Both the position numbers and the translations under genes were made by a program. From contig OZ245002.1 of the NCBI GenBank assembly GCA_965223415.1, positions 3,584,001-3,648,000 of the forward strand: a stretch of DNA of 64,000 nucleotides, given 5' to 3'. Position 1 is the first letter of the stretch, and each line of letters starts with the position of its first letter. Positions 19,900 to 29,080 of the stretch are shown here, one piece after another. The notes under the pieces are model-generated. The model did not search any database. It had not been told where the DNA came from and saw only the letters and a list, made by a program, of their open reading frames with translations. The stretch comes from Myxococcota bacterium. GTDB lineage: Bacteria > Myxococcota_A > UBA9160 > UBA6930.

Positions 19900-21354
19900 T
19901 CAGTCGACGACGGGGCGCATCGCTCCGGAGCGGAGCCGTTCCAGGTAGTCGTCGAGCGCTGCGCGCACCTTCCCGGAGAGCATGACCACGCCGATGATGT
20001 TCGGGAAGGCCATGCCCAGGATCATCAGGTCGCCGAAGTCCAGTACCGCCCGGGCCTGGAAGATCGCGCCGAGCCAGGCGAAGGCGAGGAAGATCCCCTT
20101 GTAGAGCAGGATGGAGCGCAGGCCGAAGAGCTGCACCCAGCACTGCTCGCCGTAGTAGCTCCAGGAGATCATGGTGCTGAAGGCGAAGAGCACGGCGGTG
20201 ACGGAGAGCACGACCTTGAACCAGGGGAAGACGCTCTCGAAGGCCCAGCTCGTCATGGTGATGCCGGAGACGCCCTCCTGCTGGTGAGCGCCGGTCACGA
20301 CGATCACCAGGCCGGTCATGGTGCAGACGACGATCGTGTCGATGAAGGGCTCGAGCAGCGCCACCACGCCTTCGCGAATCGGCTCGTCGGTGGCGGCGGC
20401 GGAGTGGGCGATCGAGGCGCTGCCGGTGCCCGCCTCGTTGGAGAAGGCGGCGCGCCGGAAGCCCTGGATCATGGCGCCGACCAGGCCGCCGGCGGCGGCG
20501 GTGGGCGCGAAGGCCTCGCCCACGATCGTCGCCAGGCCGGTCCCGAGCTGGTCCACATGGAAGAGCAGGATCACGATGCCCGTCACCACGTAGACGCTGC
20601 ACATGATCGGAACCAAGAAGCCCGCGACCTCGCCGATGCGCCGGATGCCGCCGACGATCACGAGGCCGACCAGGAAGGCGAGCACGCCCCCGAACAGGAT
20701 CGCGCCGCCAGTGTTGTTGAAGGCCGGCAGCACGCTCGCGAACTGGGCGAAGCTCTGGTTCGACTGGAACATGTTGCCGCCGCCGAAGCTCCCGCCGATG
20801 CACATCACGGCGAACACCACCGCCAGCACCTTGCCCAGGCCCGGCTGGCCGAGCTCGGCGAGGCCGTCCCGCAGGTAGTGCATCGCGCCGCCGGAGACGT
20901 GGCCGTCGACCCGGATGGTCTTGTACATCTGGCCCAGGGTGCACTCGGCGAACTTCGAGCTCATGCCGAGGATTCCGGCGAGCACCATCCAGAAGACGGC
21001 GCCGGGGCCGCCGATGCCCACGGCCACCGCCACCCCGGCGATGTTGCCGAGGCCCACCGTCGCCGAGAGCGCGGCGGAGAGCGCCTGGAAGTGGCTGATC
21101 TCGCCGGTCTCGCCGGGGCGGGTGTATCGCCCGCGCACGCAGTCCAACGCGTGGCGGAAGGCGCGCACGTTCACGAACTGGAAGCGCAAGGTGAAGAAGA
21201 TCGCGCCCAGCATCAGCCACACGACCACGATCGGCAGCGCGATCGCGTCGTCCCAGAAGGCCAGGTCGAAGAACAGCACCGCCGAGATCGGATCGACGAC
21301 GCCGTTCTGGAAGATCGCCTCGAGGCCGGCGAGGAATCCGCCGTTCTGCTCCAT
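19900..21354 (-). CDS. Alanine/glycine:cation symporter (AGCS family)
   Basis: ISHFQALSAALSATVGLGNIAGVAVAV, GGPGAVFWM, FSNEAGTGSASIAH, EPFIDTIVVCTMT. Confidence 0.95.
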   Translation of the reverse strand: MEQNGGFLAGLEAIFQNGVVDPISAVLFFDLAFWDDAIALPIVVVWLMLGAIFFTLRFQFVNVRAFRHALDCVRGRYTRPGETGEISHFQALSAALSATVGLGNIAGVAVAVGIGGPGAVFWMVLAGILGMSSKFAECTLGQMYKTIRVDGHVSGGAMHYLRDGLAELGQPGLGKVLAVVFAVMCIGGSFGGGNMFQSNQSFAQFASVLPAFNNTGGAILFGGVLAFLVGLVIVGGIRRIGEVAGFLVPIMCSVYVVTGIVILLFHVDQLGTGLATIVGEAFAPTAAAGGLVGAMIQGFRRAAFSNEAGTGSASIAHSAAATDEPIREGVVALLEPFIDTIVVCTMTGLVIVVTGAHQQEGVSGITMTSWAFESVFPWFKVVLSVTAVLFAFSTMISWSYYGEQCWVQLFGLRSILLYKGIFLAFAWLGAIFQARAVLDFGDLMILGMAFPNIIGVVMLSGKVRAALDDYLERLRSGAMRPVVD

Positions 21355-21434
21355 GGTCACGTCGCTCCCACGTTCTCGGGGCCCGAGGGGGAGCGGGCCG
21401 TGCTGCCGGGACTCCCCTAGGATAGGCGGTCCTC

Positions 21435-23594
21435 ATGCCTGGAACGACCCTCTCCGAGCACGCGTCGAAGGCCCTCCTGGCCGAGTTCGGTGTTCCCGTC
21501 TGCCGTGAGACCACCGCCGCCGATCCCGCCGCCGCTGCCGCGGCCGCCGAGGAGATCGGCTTCCCGGTGGCGCTCAAGCTGTGCGGCGGCGCCATCGCCC
21601 ACAAGACCGAGCGCGATCTCGTGCGCCTGGGCCTCGCCGGCGCCTCCGCCGTGGGCACCGCGGCCGCCGAGCTGCTCGCGAAGGCCACGCCCGAGGACGG
21701 CTCGGTGGAGCTCCTCGTGGCCGAGATGGTCGCAGGACGCCGCGAGCTGATCACCGGGCTGGTGCGGGATCCCCAGTTTGGTCCGTGCATCGTGCTGGGC
21801 CTGGGCGGCATCCTCACCGAGGCCCTGGGCGACGTGGCCTTCGCGGCGGCGCCGCTCGACCGGGCGGAGGCCCGGCGCCTGATCGGACGGCTCGAGGCCT
21901 CGCACCTGGTCACGGAGCCCTTCCGGGGCGAGCCGGCGACGGATCTGGACGCCCTGGCGGACGTGCTCGTCGGGCTGTCGCGGCTCGCCGAGGCGCGGCC
22001 GGACGTGGCCAGCGTCGACGTCAATCCGCTGATCCTCCGCGGCGGTCGCCCGGTCGCCGTCGACGGGTTGGTCGAGCTCGGCGCGCCGGACGCGGCTCCG
22101 GCACCGCCTCGCGCCGCCAGGAGCGACGAGGAGCTGCTCGCACGCTACCGGCCCCTCTTCGAGCCCCGCGGCATCGTGATCGCCGGCGTCTCCTCGCACC
22201 CGGGGAAGTTCGGCTTCGTCACCTATCACAACCTGCTGCGCTTCGGGTATCGGGGGAAGCTCTTCCCCGTCACCCGGGACGGCGGCGAGATCCTCGGCCG
22301 CCCGACCCTCGCGGACGTCTCCCAGGTGCCCGAGGGCGAGGCTGACCTGGTCTTCGTCTGCACGCCCTACCAGGCGAACCTCGAGCTGCTACGCGCCTGC
22401 GCCGGGCGCGGCATCCGCGCCGCCTTCATCGCCAGCGGCGGCTACGGCGAGGCCGGCGACGAGGGACGCGAGCGCGAGCGGGAGCTCGTCGCGCTGGCCA
22501 ACGAGCTCGGCATGGTGGTGGCGGGACCGAACGGGCAGGGTGTCATCTCAACCGGCCCCTCCATGTGCGCCCAGATCGTGGCTCCGTATCCGCCGCCGGG
22601 CCGCATCGCCGTGGCCAGCCAGAGCGGCAACCTGGTCTCGAGCTTCCTGAACTACGCGGTGCTCACCGGCGTGGGGATCTCGAAGGCCGTCTCCGCGGGC
22701 AACTCGGCCCAGACGAGCCTGCCGGACTACCTCGAATACTTCGCGGCGGATCCGGAGACCGCCGTCGCGCTCACGTATCTGGAGGGCGTGCCCGACGGCC
22801 GGCGCTTCGCGGAAGCGGCGCGACGGGTCACCGAGCGCAAGCCCCTCGTCCTGGTGAAGGGCGGCGTGGCCGCCGAGGGCAAGCGGGCGGCGGCGAGCCA
22901 CACGGGCTCCCTCGCCAGCGACGACCGCATCTTCGCCGGCGTGGCCCGGCAGGTCGGCGCGATCCGGGCGCCCAGCGTCGAGCACGCCTTCGAGTGGGCG
23001 GCGACCTTCGCCACTCAGCCGCTGCCCCGGGGCCGGCGCACGATCGTCTTCACCACCGCCGGCGGGTGGGGCGTGCTGGCGGCCGACGCCTGCGCCGCCG
23101 CCGGTCTCGAGCTGATGGCCCTGCCCGAAGACCTGCGCGCGAAGATCGATTCGATGGTCCCGCCGCGCTGGAGCCGGAACAACCCGATCGACCTGGCCGG
23201 TGGCGAGACCCGGGACACCATTCCCGAGGTGCTCGACCTGATCTGCGCTCACCCGGAGGTGGACGCCGTCGTCCACCTGGGCCTGGGCATCCAAGCCGCC
23301 CAGGCCGAGGTGTTCCGCTCCGGCGAGTTCCAGTCGGACGAGGGGATCGCGCGCATCGCCGAGTTCCACGCCCGGCAGGATCGCCGCTACGCCCAGGCCG
23401 CCCGCGAGGCCTCCGAGCGCCACGCCAAGCCGGTGCTCAGCGCCACCGAGCTCGCCTACGCGGACCGCTTCTACGGCAACAGCGGGCCGGTGGGCGTTCG
23501 CGAGGAAGGGCGGGTCTGCTATCCGAGTGCCCACCGGGCGGTCGCCGCGCTGCGGGCGCTGGTGGACTACTCCGAGTTCCGCGGCGAGGGCTAA
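21435..23594 (+). CDS. ADP-forming acetate/acyl-CoA ligase, ATP-grasp domain first
   Basis: LSEHASKALL, AHKTE, DPQFGP, DVNPL, then CoA-binding domain, SQSGN, AASHTGSLA catalytic His, NPIDL. Confidence 0.9.
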   Translation: MPGTTLSEHASKALLAEFGVPVCRETTAADPAAAAAAAEEIGFPVALKLCGGAIAHKTERDLVRLGLAGASAVGTAAAELLAKATPEDGSVELLVAEMVAGRRELITGLVRDPQFGPCIVLGLGGILTEALGDVAFAAAPLDRAEARRLIGRLEASHLVTEPFRGEPATDLDALADVLVGLSRLAEARPDVASVDVNPLILRGGRPVAVDGLVELGAPDAAPAPPRAARSDEELLARYRPLFEPRGIVIAGVSSHPGKFGFVTYHNLLRFGYRGKLFPVTRDGGEILGRPTLADVSQVPEGEADLVFVCTPYQANLELLRACAGRGIRAAFIASGGYGEAGDEGRERERELVALANELGMVVAGPNGQGVISTGPSMCAQIVAPYPPPGRIAVASQSGNLVSSFLNYAVLTGVGISKAVSAGNSAQTSLPDYLEYFAADPETAVALTYLEGVPDGRRFAEAARRVTERKPLVLVKGGVAAEGKRAAASHTGSLASDDRIFAGVARQVGAIRAPSVEHAFEWAATFATQPLPRGRRTIVFTTAGGWGVLAADACAAAGLELMALPEDLRAKIDSMVPPRWSRNNPIDLAGGETRDTIPEVLDLICAHPEVDAVVHLGLGIQAAQAEVFRSGEFQSDEGIARIAEFHARQDRRYAQAAREASERHAKPVLSATELAYADRFYGNSGPVGVREEGRVCYPSAHRAVAALRALVDYSEFRGEG

Positions 23595-23929
23595 GCCTTG
23601 ATCCGACATTCGTCTCCGAGTGAGGTGGCCGCGGGGCGGCGCCCGGAGGTGCAAGGCGCGGCCCCCTGCGTTCCGCAAGGTGGCCCGCTCCCTCGTGGAT
23701 GATGCGCAGAGCGGCGGCCCCCGTTCCTGGCCGCGCCGACCGCAGGACGCCGCCCCGCGGTCACCTCACGGCGTCTCGAGGGGCCGCACTGGCGGATCAG
23801 GGCCAGCGCCCGTCCCAGGGACGGCCAGCGCGCCCCGGCGCCCGGCCGCGAAGCAGCCCACCCTCCTCCTCGGCCGTGCCGCCGGCGAGCTATCCTCCCA
23901 GCGCTCCCTGTCGACTCCGGAGGACCGCC

Positions 23930-24877
23930 GTGAAGCGCATGATCCACCACTCGGAGCTGGCTCGCGACAGCCGCTTCGTCCGCCAGGACAACGCCCTCTC
24001 CACCGTGATGGCCGAGCTGCCCGACGAGGTCGACGTCGTCGTCGACATGTTGGAGAAGTTCTCGCCCATGATCGAGGAGTCGGTCCGGGGCACTGCCGCC
24101 GAGCCGCTCTTCGAGGCCTACGGGCCGGCCTTCAGCCTGGTCACGCTGAACGAGCCGATCCGCCCCGAGAACGAGGCGCTGATGACCCGCCTGCGCCTGC
24201 GCATGCACGGCATCTTCGTGGGTGAGCTGCAGGCCCTGGAGGGTGCCGGCCGCTCGCTCTGGGACTTCCCGGACGCGCCCTGGGAGTTCAAGATGAACAT
24301 GGCGCGGCAGTGCTGGGACGAGGCGCGCCACGTGCAAATCTACGAGAAGCTCCTCGAGCACGTGGGCGGAGAGGTGGGCGAGTTCCCGGAAAGCACCTTC
24401 CTGTTCGAGTGCGCCTGCAGCGACGATCCGGCCATGCGGGTAGCCGGCGTGAACCGCGGCCTCGAGGGTCTGGCCTGTGACGTGTTCCGGGATCTGATCC
24501 GCTTCGCGGAGCAGACCGGCGACGAGACCATGCGCCAAGCGGTGGACTTCGTGCTGGCCGACGAGCTCACCCACGTGCGCTTCGGAAGTGAATGGGTGAA
24601 GGAGTTCACCAGGGACGATCCGGAGCACCTGAAGAAGACCCAGGACTTCCGCCGGGAGGTCGACAAGCAGTTCAGCTTCGGCGGCGCCCGCTCGGACCGC
24701 GAGGACGCGGCGATCCCGATCGCCTGGGAGGACCGGCGCGAGGCGGGCTTCACCGAGGAGGAGCTCGAGGAGCTGACGACGATCTCCGCCGCCGGCCCCT
24801 CTCGCGAGACGATGATGGAGGCCGCGCGCATCCTTCAGGAGCGCTGGCACGCCAAGCGCGAGGAGGCGGCCCGGTGA
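23930..24877 (+). CDS. Ferritin-like diiron protein (DUF455 family)
   Basis: HGIFVGE, WDEARH, GLEG, ADELTHVRFGSEW, RREAGF; GGAGG upstream of GTG. Confidence 0.8.
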   Translation: MKRMIHHSELARDSRFVRQDNALSTVMAELPDEVDVVVDMLEKFSPMIEESVRGTAAEPLFEAYGPAFSLVTLNEPIRPENEALMTRLRLRMHGIFVGELQALEGAGRSLWDFPDAPWEFKMNMARQCWDEARHVQIYEKLLEHVGGEVGEFPESTFLFECACSDDPAMRVAGVNRGLEGLACDVFRDLIRFAEQTGDETMRQAVDFVLADELTHVRFGSEWVKEFTRDDPEHLKKTQDFRREVDKQFSFGGARSDREDAAIPIAWEDRREAGFTEEELEELTTISAAGPSRETMMEAARILQERWHAKREEAAR

Positions 24878-25539
24878 GCGAGCCGCGTCTCTACCCCGGC
24901 AACAGCCGCGAAGAGGCCACCGAGTTCGCACCCTACTCGGCCTTCGACATCCCCGCCGACCTGCGCGAGCTCCATGGCCGCTGGGACGTGGATGCCACCG
25001 CCCAACGCATCCGCAACTACCGCTATGCGGAGGAGTGGATGATGATGATCATGGGCGGCTGGATGGCGACCATCCCCGAGGTTCCGGTGAAGACCGGACT
25101 CGGCAAGATCGTCTGGGAGGCGGCCCTGGCCGCCGACGCCCTGGGCGATCGGCTGCCCGAGCTGCGCGGTGGTCGCCGCGCCAAGAGCGCGTCCCCGAGC
25201 GCCAACCCGGGCTTCGCCGACTTCGTGCAGGCCGTCGCCGAGCCCGAGCGCCCGGACCTCACCATCGAGAAGCTCGCCGGCATTTTCGACGTGCTGAAGC
25301 CGCACCTGGTGCAGGTCTACGAGCTGAACGTACGCGAGACCGACCAGATCTCCGACGCGCCGACCATCGAGATCCTGGAGGACATCCTCCGCCGCACCCG
25401 CAAGCACCTGGCCTGGGGCGACGAGGTCCTGGCTCGCCTGTGCGACACCGACGCCAAACGCGAACGCCGTCGCACCCGCGTCGCCACCCTCACCGAGCAG
25501 CTCGAGAAGTGCGGAGGCGTCACCGGCGCCCTGCCCTGA
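24874..25539 (+). CDS. Helical ferritin-like partner protein with incomplete metal ligands
   Basis: GTGA overlap with the DUF455 gene; YAEEWMMMIMGGW...WEAALAADALGDRLPELR...SDAPTIEIL helix-bundle pattern. Confidence 0.65.
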   Translation: MSEPRLYPGNSREEATEFAPYSAFDIPADLRELHGRWDVDATAQRIRNYRYAEEWMMMIMGGWMATIPEVPVKTGLGKIVWEAALAADALGDRLPELRGGRRAKSASPSANPGFADFVQAVAEPERPDLTIEKLAGIFDVLKPHLVQVYELNVRETDQISDAPTIEILEDILRRTRKHLAWGDEVLARLCDTDAKRERRRTRVATLTEQLEKCGGVTGALP

Positions 25540-25576
25540 GGTGAGACAAAGGGACGTTCCTTTCTGTCTCACCTCA
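25537..25576. terminator. Bidirectional hairpin between convergent genes
   Basis: TGAGGTGAGACA (25537-25548) pairs with TGTCTCACCTCA (25565-25576); inner AAGGGA/TCCTTT stem; includes both stop codons. Confidence 0.7.
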
Positions 25577-27226
25577 CCTCGTGAGCCAGGCGAACTTCTG
25601 GGGCTTGCGTTGGGCGCGGGGGTCGATCATGACGTTGACGACCGCCGGGCCGGGGGTGGCGTAGGCGTCCTTCAGGGCGGGCCCGAGCTCGCTCTCGCGG
25701 GTGACGAACCAGCCCTTGCCGCCGAAGGCCTCGATGATCTGCTCGTAGTGGGCGCGGGGCGTATAGGCGAAGGGCGGGACGTTGTCCGGGTCGATCTCGT
25801 CCACGCCGAAGCCGATGCCGTTGTTGTTCACGATCACGAAGGTGATGTCCATCCGGTAGCGGCAGGCGGTCTCCACCTCCATGCCACTGAAGCCGAACGC
25901 GCTGTCGCCCTCGACGGCGATCACCTTGCGGTCCGGGTGCACGCAGGCGGCCGCGAGGGCGAAGCCCAGGCCCAGGCCCATCGTGCCGAAGGTGCCAGCG
26001 TCGAGGCGCTCCCGGGCTGCGTAGTTCCGGAGCACGCTCCGGCCGATGTCCATGGTGTTCGAGCCCTCGTTCACCAGGATGGCATTGCGGGGAGCCTGGT
26101 CGCGGATCTCGGCGAGTACCCGGTAGTATCCCATCGGCTCGCTCGTGTCCTTCTCCATGGCGACGACCTGCTCGCGGTTCTTTTCCACCGCCTCGGCCAG
26201 CCCGACCCGCCAGGCCGTCTCCGAGGGATAGGACCAGGGCTTCGCGTCGAGGGCCGCGTTCAGCTGGCCGACGATGGCCTTGGCGTCGCCCACCAGCGCG
26301 ACCTCCGGCGTCACGTTGGTACCGATCTCTTCGGGAGAGATGTCGAGCTGCAGAATCTTCACGTCCGGCGCGAAGCGCGGCGGCTTGCCGAAGTGCAGGA
26401 TCCAGTTGAGCCGTGCGCCGAGCAGCAGGATGGCGTCGGCGTTCTGGAGGGCGTAGGAGCGGCCGGGCGCGATGGAGAGCTCGTGCTCGTCGGTCACGAC
26501 GCCCTTGCCCATGGGCGTGGGCAGGAACGGCAGGCGGGTCGCCTCGATGAAGCGCTGCACCTCGTCCTCGGCGCGGGCGTAGGCCGCGCCCTTGCCGATG
26601 ATCACCAGCGGCCGCTCGGCCTCCGACAGCACCCGGAGCGCGCGCCGGATCTCATCCTCTCCGGCCGCGGGCCGCGGGGGCTCGGGGCAGCGCGGCAGGA
26701 TCGGCGCCTCCTCCTCCTCGATCTCGCCCACGATCAGGTCGTTCGGCAGGTCGAGGTACACGGCGCCGGGCTTGCCGTAGATGCTCGTCCGCACCGCCTG
26801 CTCGACGTAGTACGGGACGCGCGCGAGGCTCTCCGGCCGGCGCGCGAGCTTGGCGTAGGAGCGCACCGTCTCGATGTGGGGCGCCTCCTGGAACGATCCC
26901 ATGCCGTCCTGGAAGGCGTCCGGCGCGCCGCCGATCAGGATCATCGGCCAGGCGTTCGACCAGGCATTCGCCATGCCCGAGAGCCCGTGGACCACGCCCG
27001 GCCCGCAGACCACGAGACAGGCGCCGGGGCGGCCCGTCAGGTAGCCCACGGCCCCGGCGGCGTAGCTCGCCGCCTGCTCGTTGCGGCAGCCGATGTAGCG
27101 GATGCCTTCTCGCTGGGCGGCGGCGGCGATCGGGATGACCGGGAAGCCCACCACACCGAACATGAACTCGACTCCCTGGGCCTCGAGGCTGCGGGCGGCC
27201 AGGGTCGCGCCGTCGATCGTTGCCAT
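25574..27226 (-). CDS. ThDP-dependent 2-hydroxyacyl-CoA lyase / oxalyl-CoA decarboxylase family
   Basis: FGVVGFPV, RNEQAASYAAGA, RLDAGTFGTMGLG, VEGDSAFGFSGMEVET, NNNGI, RKPQKFAWLTR. Confidence 0.92.
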   Translation of the reverse strand: MATIDGATLAARSLEAQGVEFMFGVVGFPVIPIAAAAQREGIRYIGCRNEQAASYAAGAVGYLTGRPGACLVVCGPGVVHGLSGMANAWSNAWPMILIGGAPDAFQDGMGSFQEAPHIETVRSYAKLARRPESLARVPYYVEQAVRTSIYGKPGAVYLDLPNDLIVGEIEEEEAPILPRCPEPPRPAAGEDEIRRALRVLSEAERPLVIIGKGAAYARAEDEVQRFIEATRLPFLPTPMGKGVVTDEHELSIAPGRSYALQNADAILLLGARLNWILHFGKPPRFAPDVKILQLDISPEEIGTNVTPEVALVGDAKAIVGQLNAALDAKPWSYPSETAWRVGLAEAVEKNREQVVAMEKDTSEPMGYYRVLAEIRDQAPRNAILVNEGSNTMDIGRSVLRNYAARERLDAGTFGTMGLGLGFALAAACVHPDRKVIAVEGDSAFGFSGMEVETACRYRMDITFVIVNNNGIGFGVDEIDPDNVPPFAYTPRAHYEQIIEAFGGKGWFVTRESELGPALKDAYATPGPAVVNVMIDPRAQRKPQKFAWLTR

Positions 27227-27247
27227 TCTCGTGTCTCCTCGTCCGGG

Positions 27248-28192
27248 CTAGGCACCCAGCAGCGGGCGCACCTCCTTGGCGAAGCGTTCCAGCTGCTCGT
27301 CGCGCGCCGCGTAGGGGCCGGTACTGTCGACGATCACGTGGCGCAGGCCCGCCTGGCGGAACGCGTCGATCTTCTCGGCGACGGCCTCCGGGGGCCCCAG
27401 GGCCGCGTAGCGCTCGGCGGCGCGGCGAAAGTCCATCGCGTAGCGCGTCGAGAGGTGCTCGGCCGCTGCGTCGAGTGCGTCCTCGTAGCGGTCGGCGATG
27501 AAACTGAAGAGGAGGTGGGCGGTGCCGAAGCGCTCGGGCGTCCGGCCGGCGTCCTCGGCGGCGCGGGCGATCTTCGCCAGCCCGTCCCGGTACTGCTCGG
27601 GCGTCACCACGTAGGAGACCCACCCGTCGCCCATGCGGCCGAGGCGGCGCAGCGCGCTCTCCGAGCGGCCGCCGCCCCAGATCGGCGGGCCGCCGGGCTG
27701 GACGGTAGCGGGGAGCATCTGCGTCTCCGGGAAGGGAAAGAAGCGGCCGTCGCTGGTGATCGGCTCACCGCTCCACAGGCCGCGCAGCAGCGGAATCGCC
27801 TCGGAGAGCCGGGCGCCGCGCTCCTCCACTGGCACGCCGCAAGCCTGGTACTCGCCCGGGAACTCGCCGCCCACACCGACGCCGAAGATCAGGCGTCCCT
27901 CGCAGAGGTGGTCGAGGGTCGCGACCTGCTTCGCGACCGGCACCGGGTGTCGAAGGGGCAGCAGATAGACGGAGGTGCCGAGGGTGAGCTTCGGCGCGAA
28001 GGCCGCCACCTGGGCGATCTGCAGGAGCGGGTCGAGGATCGGGATCGCGAAGGCTACGTGGTCGCCGAACCAGAGCGAGTCGTAGCCCAGGGCCTCGGCC
28101 TGCTCGCCGGTCCGCCGGGCTTGGGCTGCCGAGCCGACCGAGGTGATGAAGCCGAAGCGCAGGCCGTCGTCGAGGGAGAGGGGCGAAGACAT
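27248..28192 (-). CDS. LLM class flavin-dependent oxidoreductase
   Basis: AEALGYDSLWFGDH, LGTSVYLLPLRHP, AKQVATLD, GVGVGGE, PPIWGGG. Confidence 0.92.
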   Translation of the reverse strand: MSSPLSLDDGLRFGFITSVGSAAQARRTGEQAEALGYDSLWFGDHVAFAIPILDPLLQIAQVAAFAPKLTLGTSVYLLPLRHPVPVAKQVATLDHLCEGRLIFGVGVGGEFPGEYQACGVPVEERGARLSEAIPLLRGLWSGEPITSDGRFFPFPETQMLPATVQPGGPPIWGGGRSESALRRLGRMGDGWVSYVVTPEQYRDGLAKIARAAEDAGRTPERFGTAHLLFSFIADRYEDALDAAAEHLSTRYAMDFRRAAERYAALGPPEAVAEKIDAFRQAGLRHVIVDSTGPYAARDEQLERFAKEVRPLLGA

Positions 28193-28212
28193 GGCCCCCA
28201 CGTTACCGCGCT

Positions 28213-29004
28213 TCAGCCGAAGATCGCCGGGTCGACGTCGATGCCTACCGGGCAGTGGTCCGAGCCGCGCACGTGGGGATGGATGAAGGCGTCCCGCACG
28301 AAGCGCATGGCGGCGGGCGAAGCGAGCACGTAGTCGATCCGCCAGCCCACGTTCCTCTCGCGCACGCCCATGCGTTGGCTCCACCAGGAGTAGTGGCCCT
28401 CGCCGGGCTCGAAGCGGCGGAAGCTGTCGATCCAACCTGCCGCCAGCCAACGGTCGAGCTCGCGGCGCTCGGCGGGAAGGAAGCCGCTGGTGTCCTTGTT
28501 GCCCTTCGGGCGGGCGAGGTCGATCTCCCGGTGGGCGGTGTTGAAGTCGCCCATCACGACGACGCGGTAGCCGCCGCGGCGCAGGCGCTCGAGCCGCTCG
28601 AAGAGCGTGCGGTAGAAGCGCAGCTTGTAGGGCACGCGGCTGTTGTCGCGCTCCTTGCCGTTGCCGTTGGGGAAGTACACGTTCGCAACGACGAGCCGCC
28701 CGAAGCGCGCGAGCTGGAGGCGCCCCTCGTCGTCGAAGCTCCGCCGGCCGAGGGCGGTCTCGACGGAGTCCGGCTTGCGCCGTGCGTACAGGCCGACGCC
28801 GCTGTAGCCCGGCCGTCGGGCGGCGGCGAACTCCGCGTGCCAGCCCCTGGGCGCCGCGAGCCGGCGCGGCAGCTGCCCGAGGGTCGCCCGCACCTCCTGC
28901 ACGCCGACGATCTCCGCCCCGGAGCGATCCAGCCAGCGCCGGAACCCCTTCCGCTCGCAGGCCCGCAGCCCGTTCACGTTCCACGACAGGATTCGAACCG
29001 TCAT
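28213..29004 (-). CDS. xth: Exodeoxyribonuclease III
   Basis: SWNVNGLRA, QE, GYSGV, YFPNG, GDFNTAH, GWRIDY, SDHCP. Confidence 0.96.
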   Translation of the reverse strand: MTVRILSWNVNGLRACERKGFRRWLDRSGAEIVGVQEVRATLGQLPRRLAAPRGWHAEFAAARRPGYSGVGLYARRKPDSVETALGRRSFDDEGRLQLARFGRLVVANVYFPNGNGKERDNSRVPYKLRFYRTLFERLERLRRGGYRVVVMGDFNTAHREIDLARPKGNKDTSGFLPAERRELDRWLAAGWIDSFRRFEPGEGHYSWWSQRMGVRERNVGWRIDYVLASPAAMRFVRDAFIHPHVRGSDHCPVGIDVDPAIFG

Positions 29005-29008
29005 CGGC

Positions 29009-29080
29009 GACAACCCAACAATCGGAACCGGCCCCCAACGCAACGCGTGGACAACTTGACGAACGGAACCGGCCCCTAAC
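29009..29080. repeat. Two-copy direct repeat, 41-bp period, in the xth-speA intergenic region
   Basis: GACAAC-N8-CGGAACCGGCCCC(C/T)AAC at 29009-29039 and 29050-29080. Confidence 0.75.
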
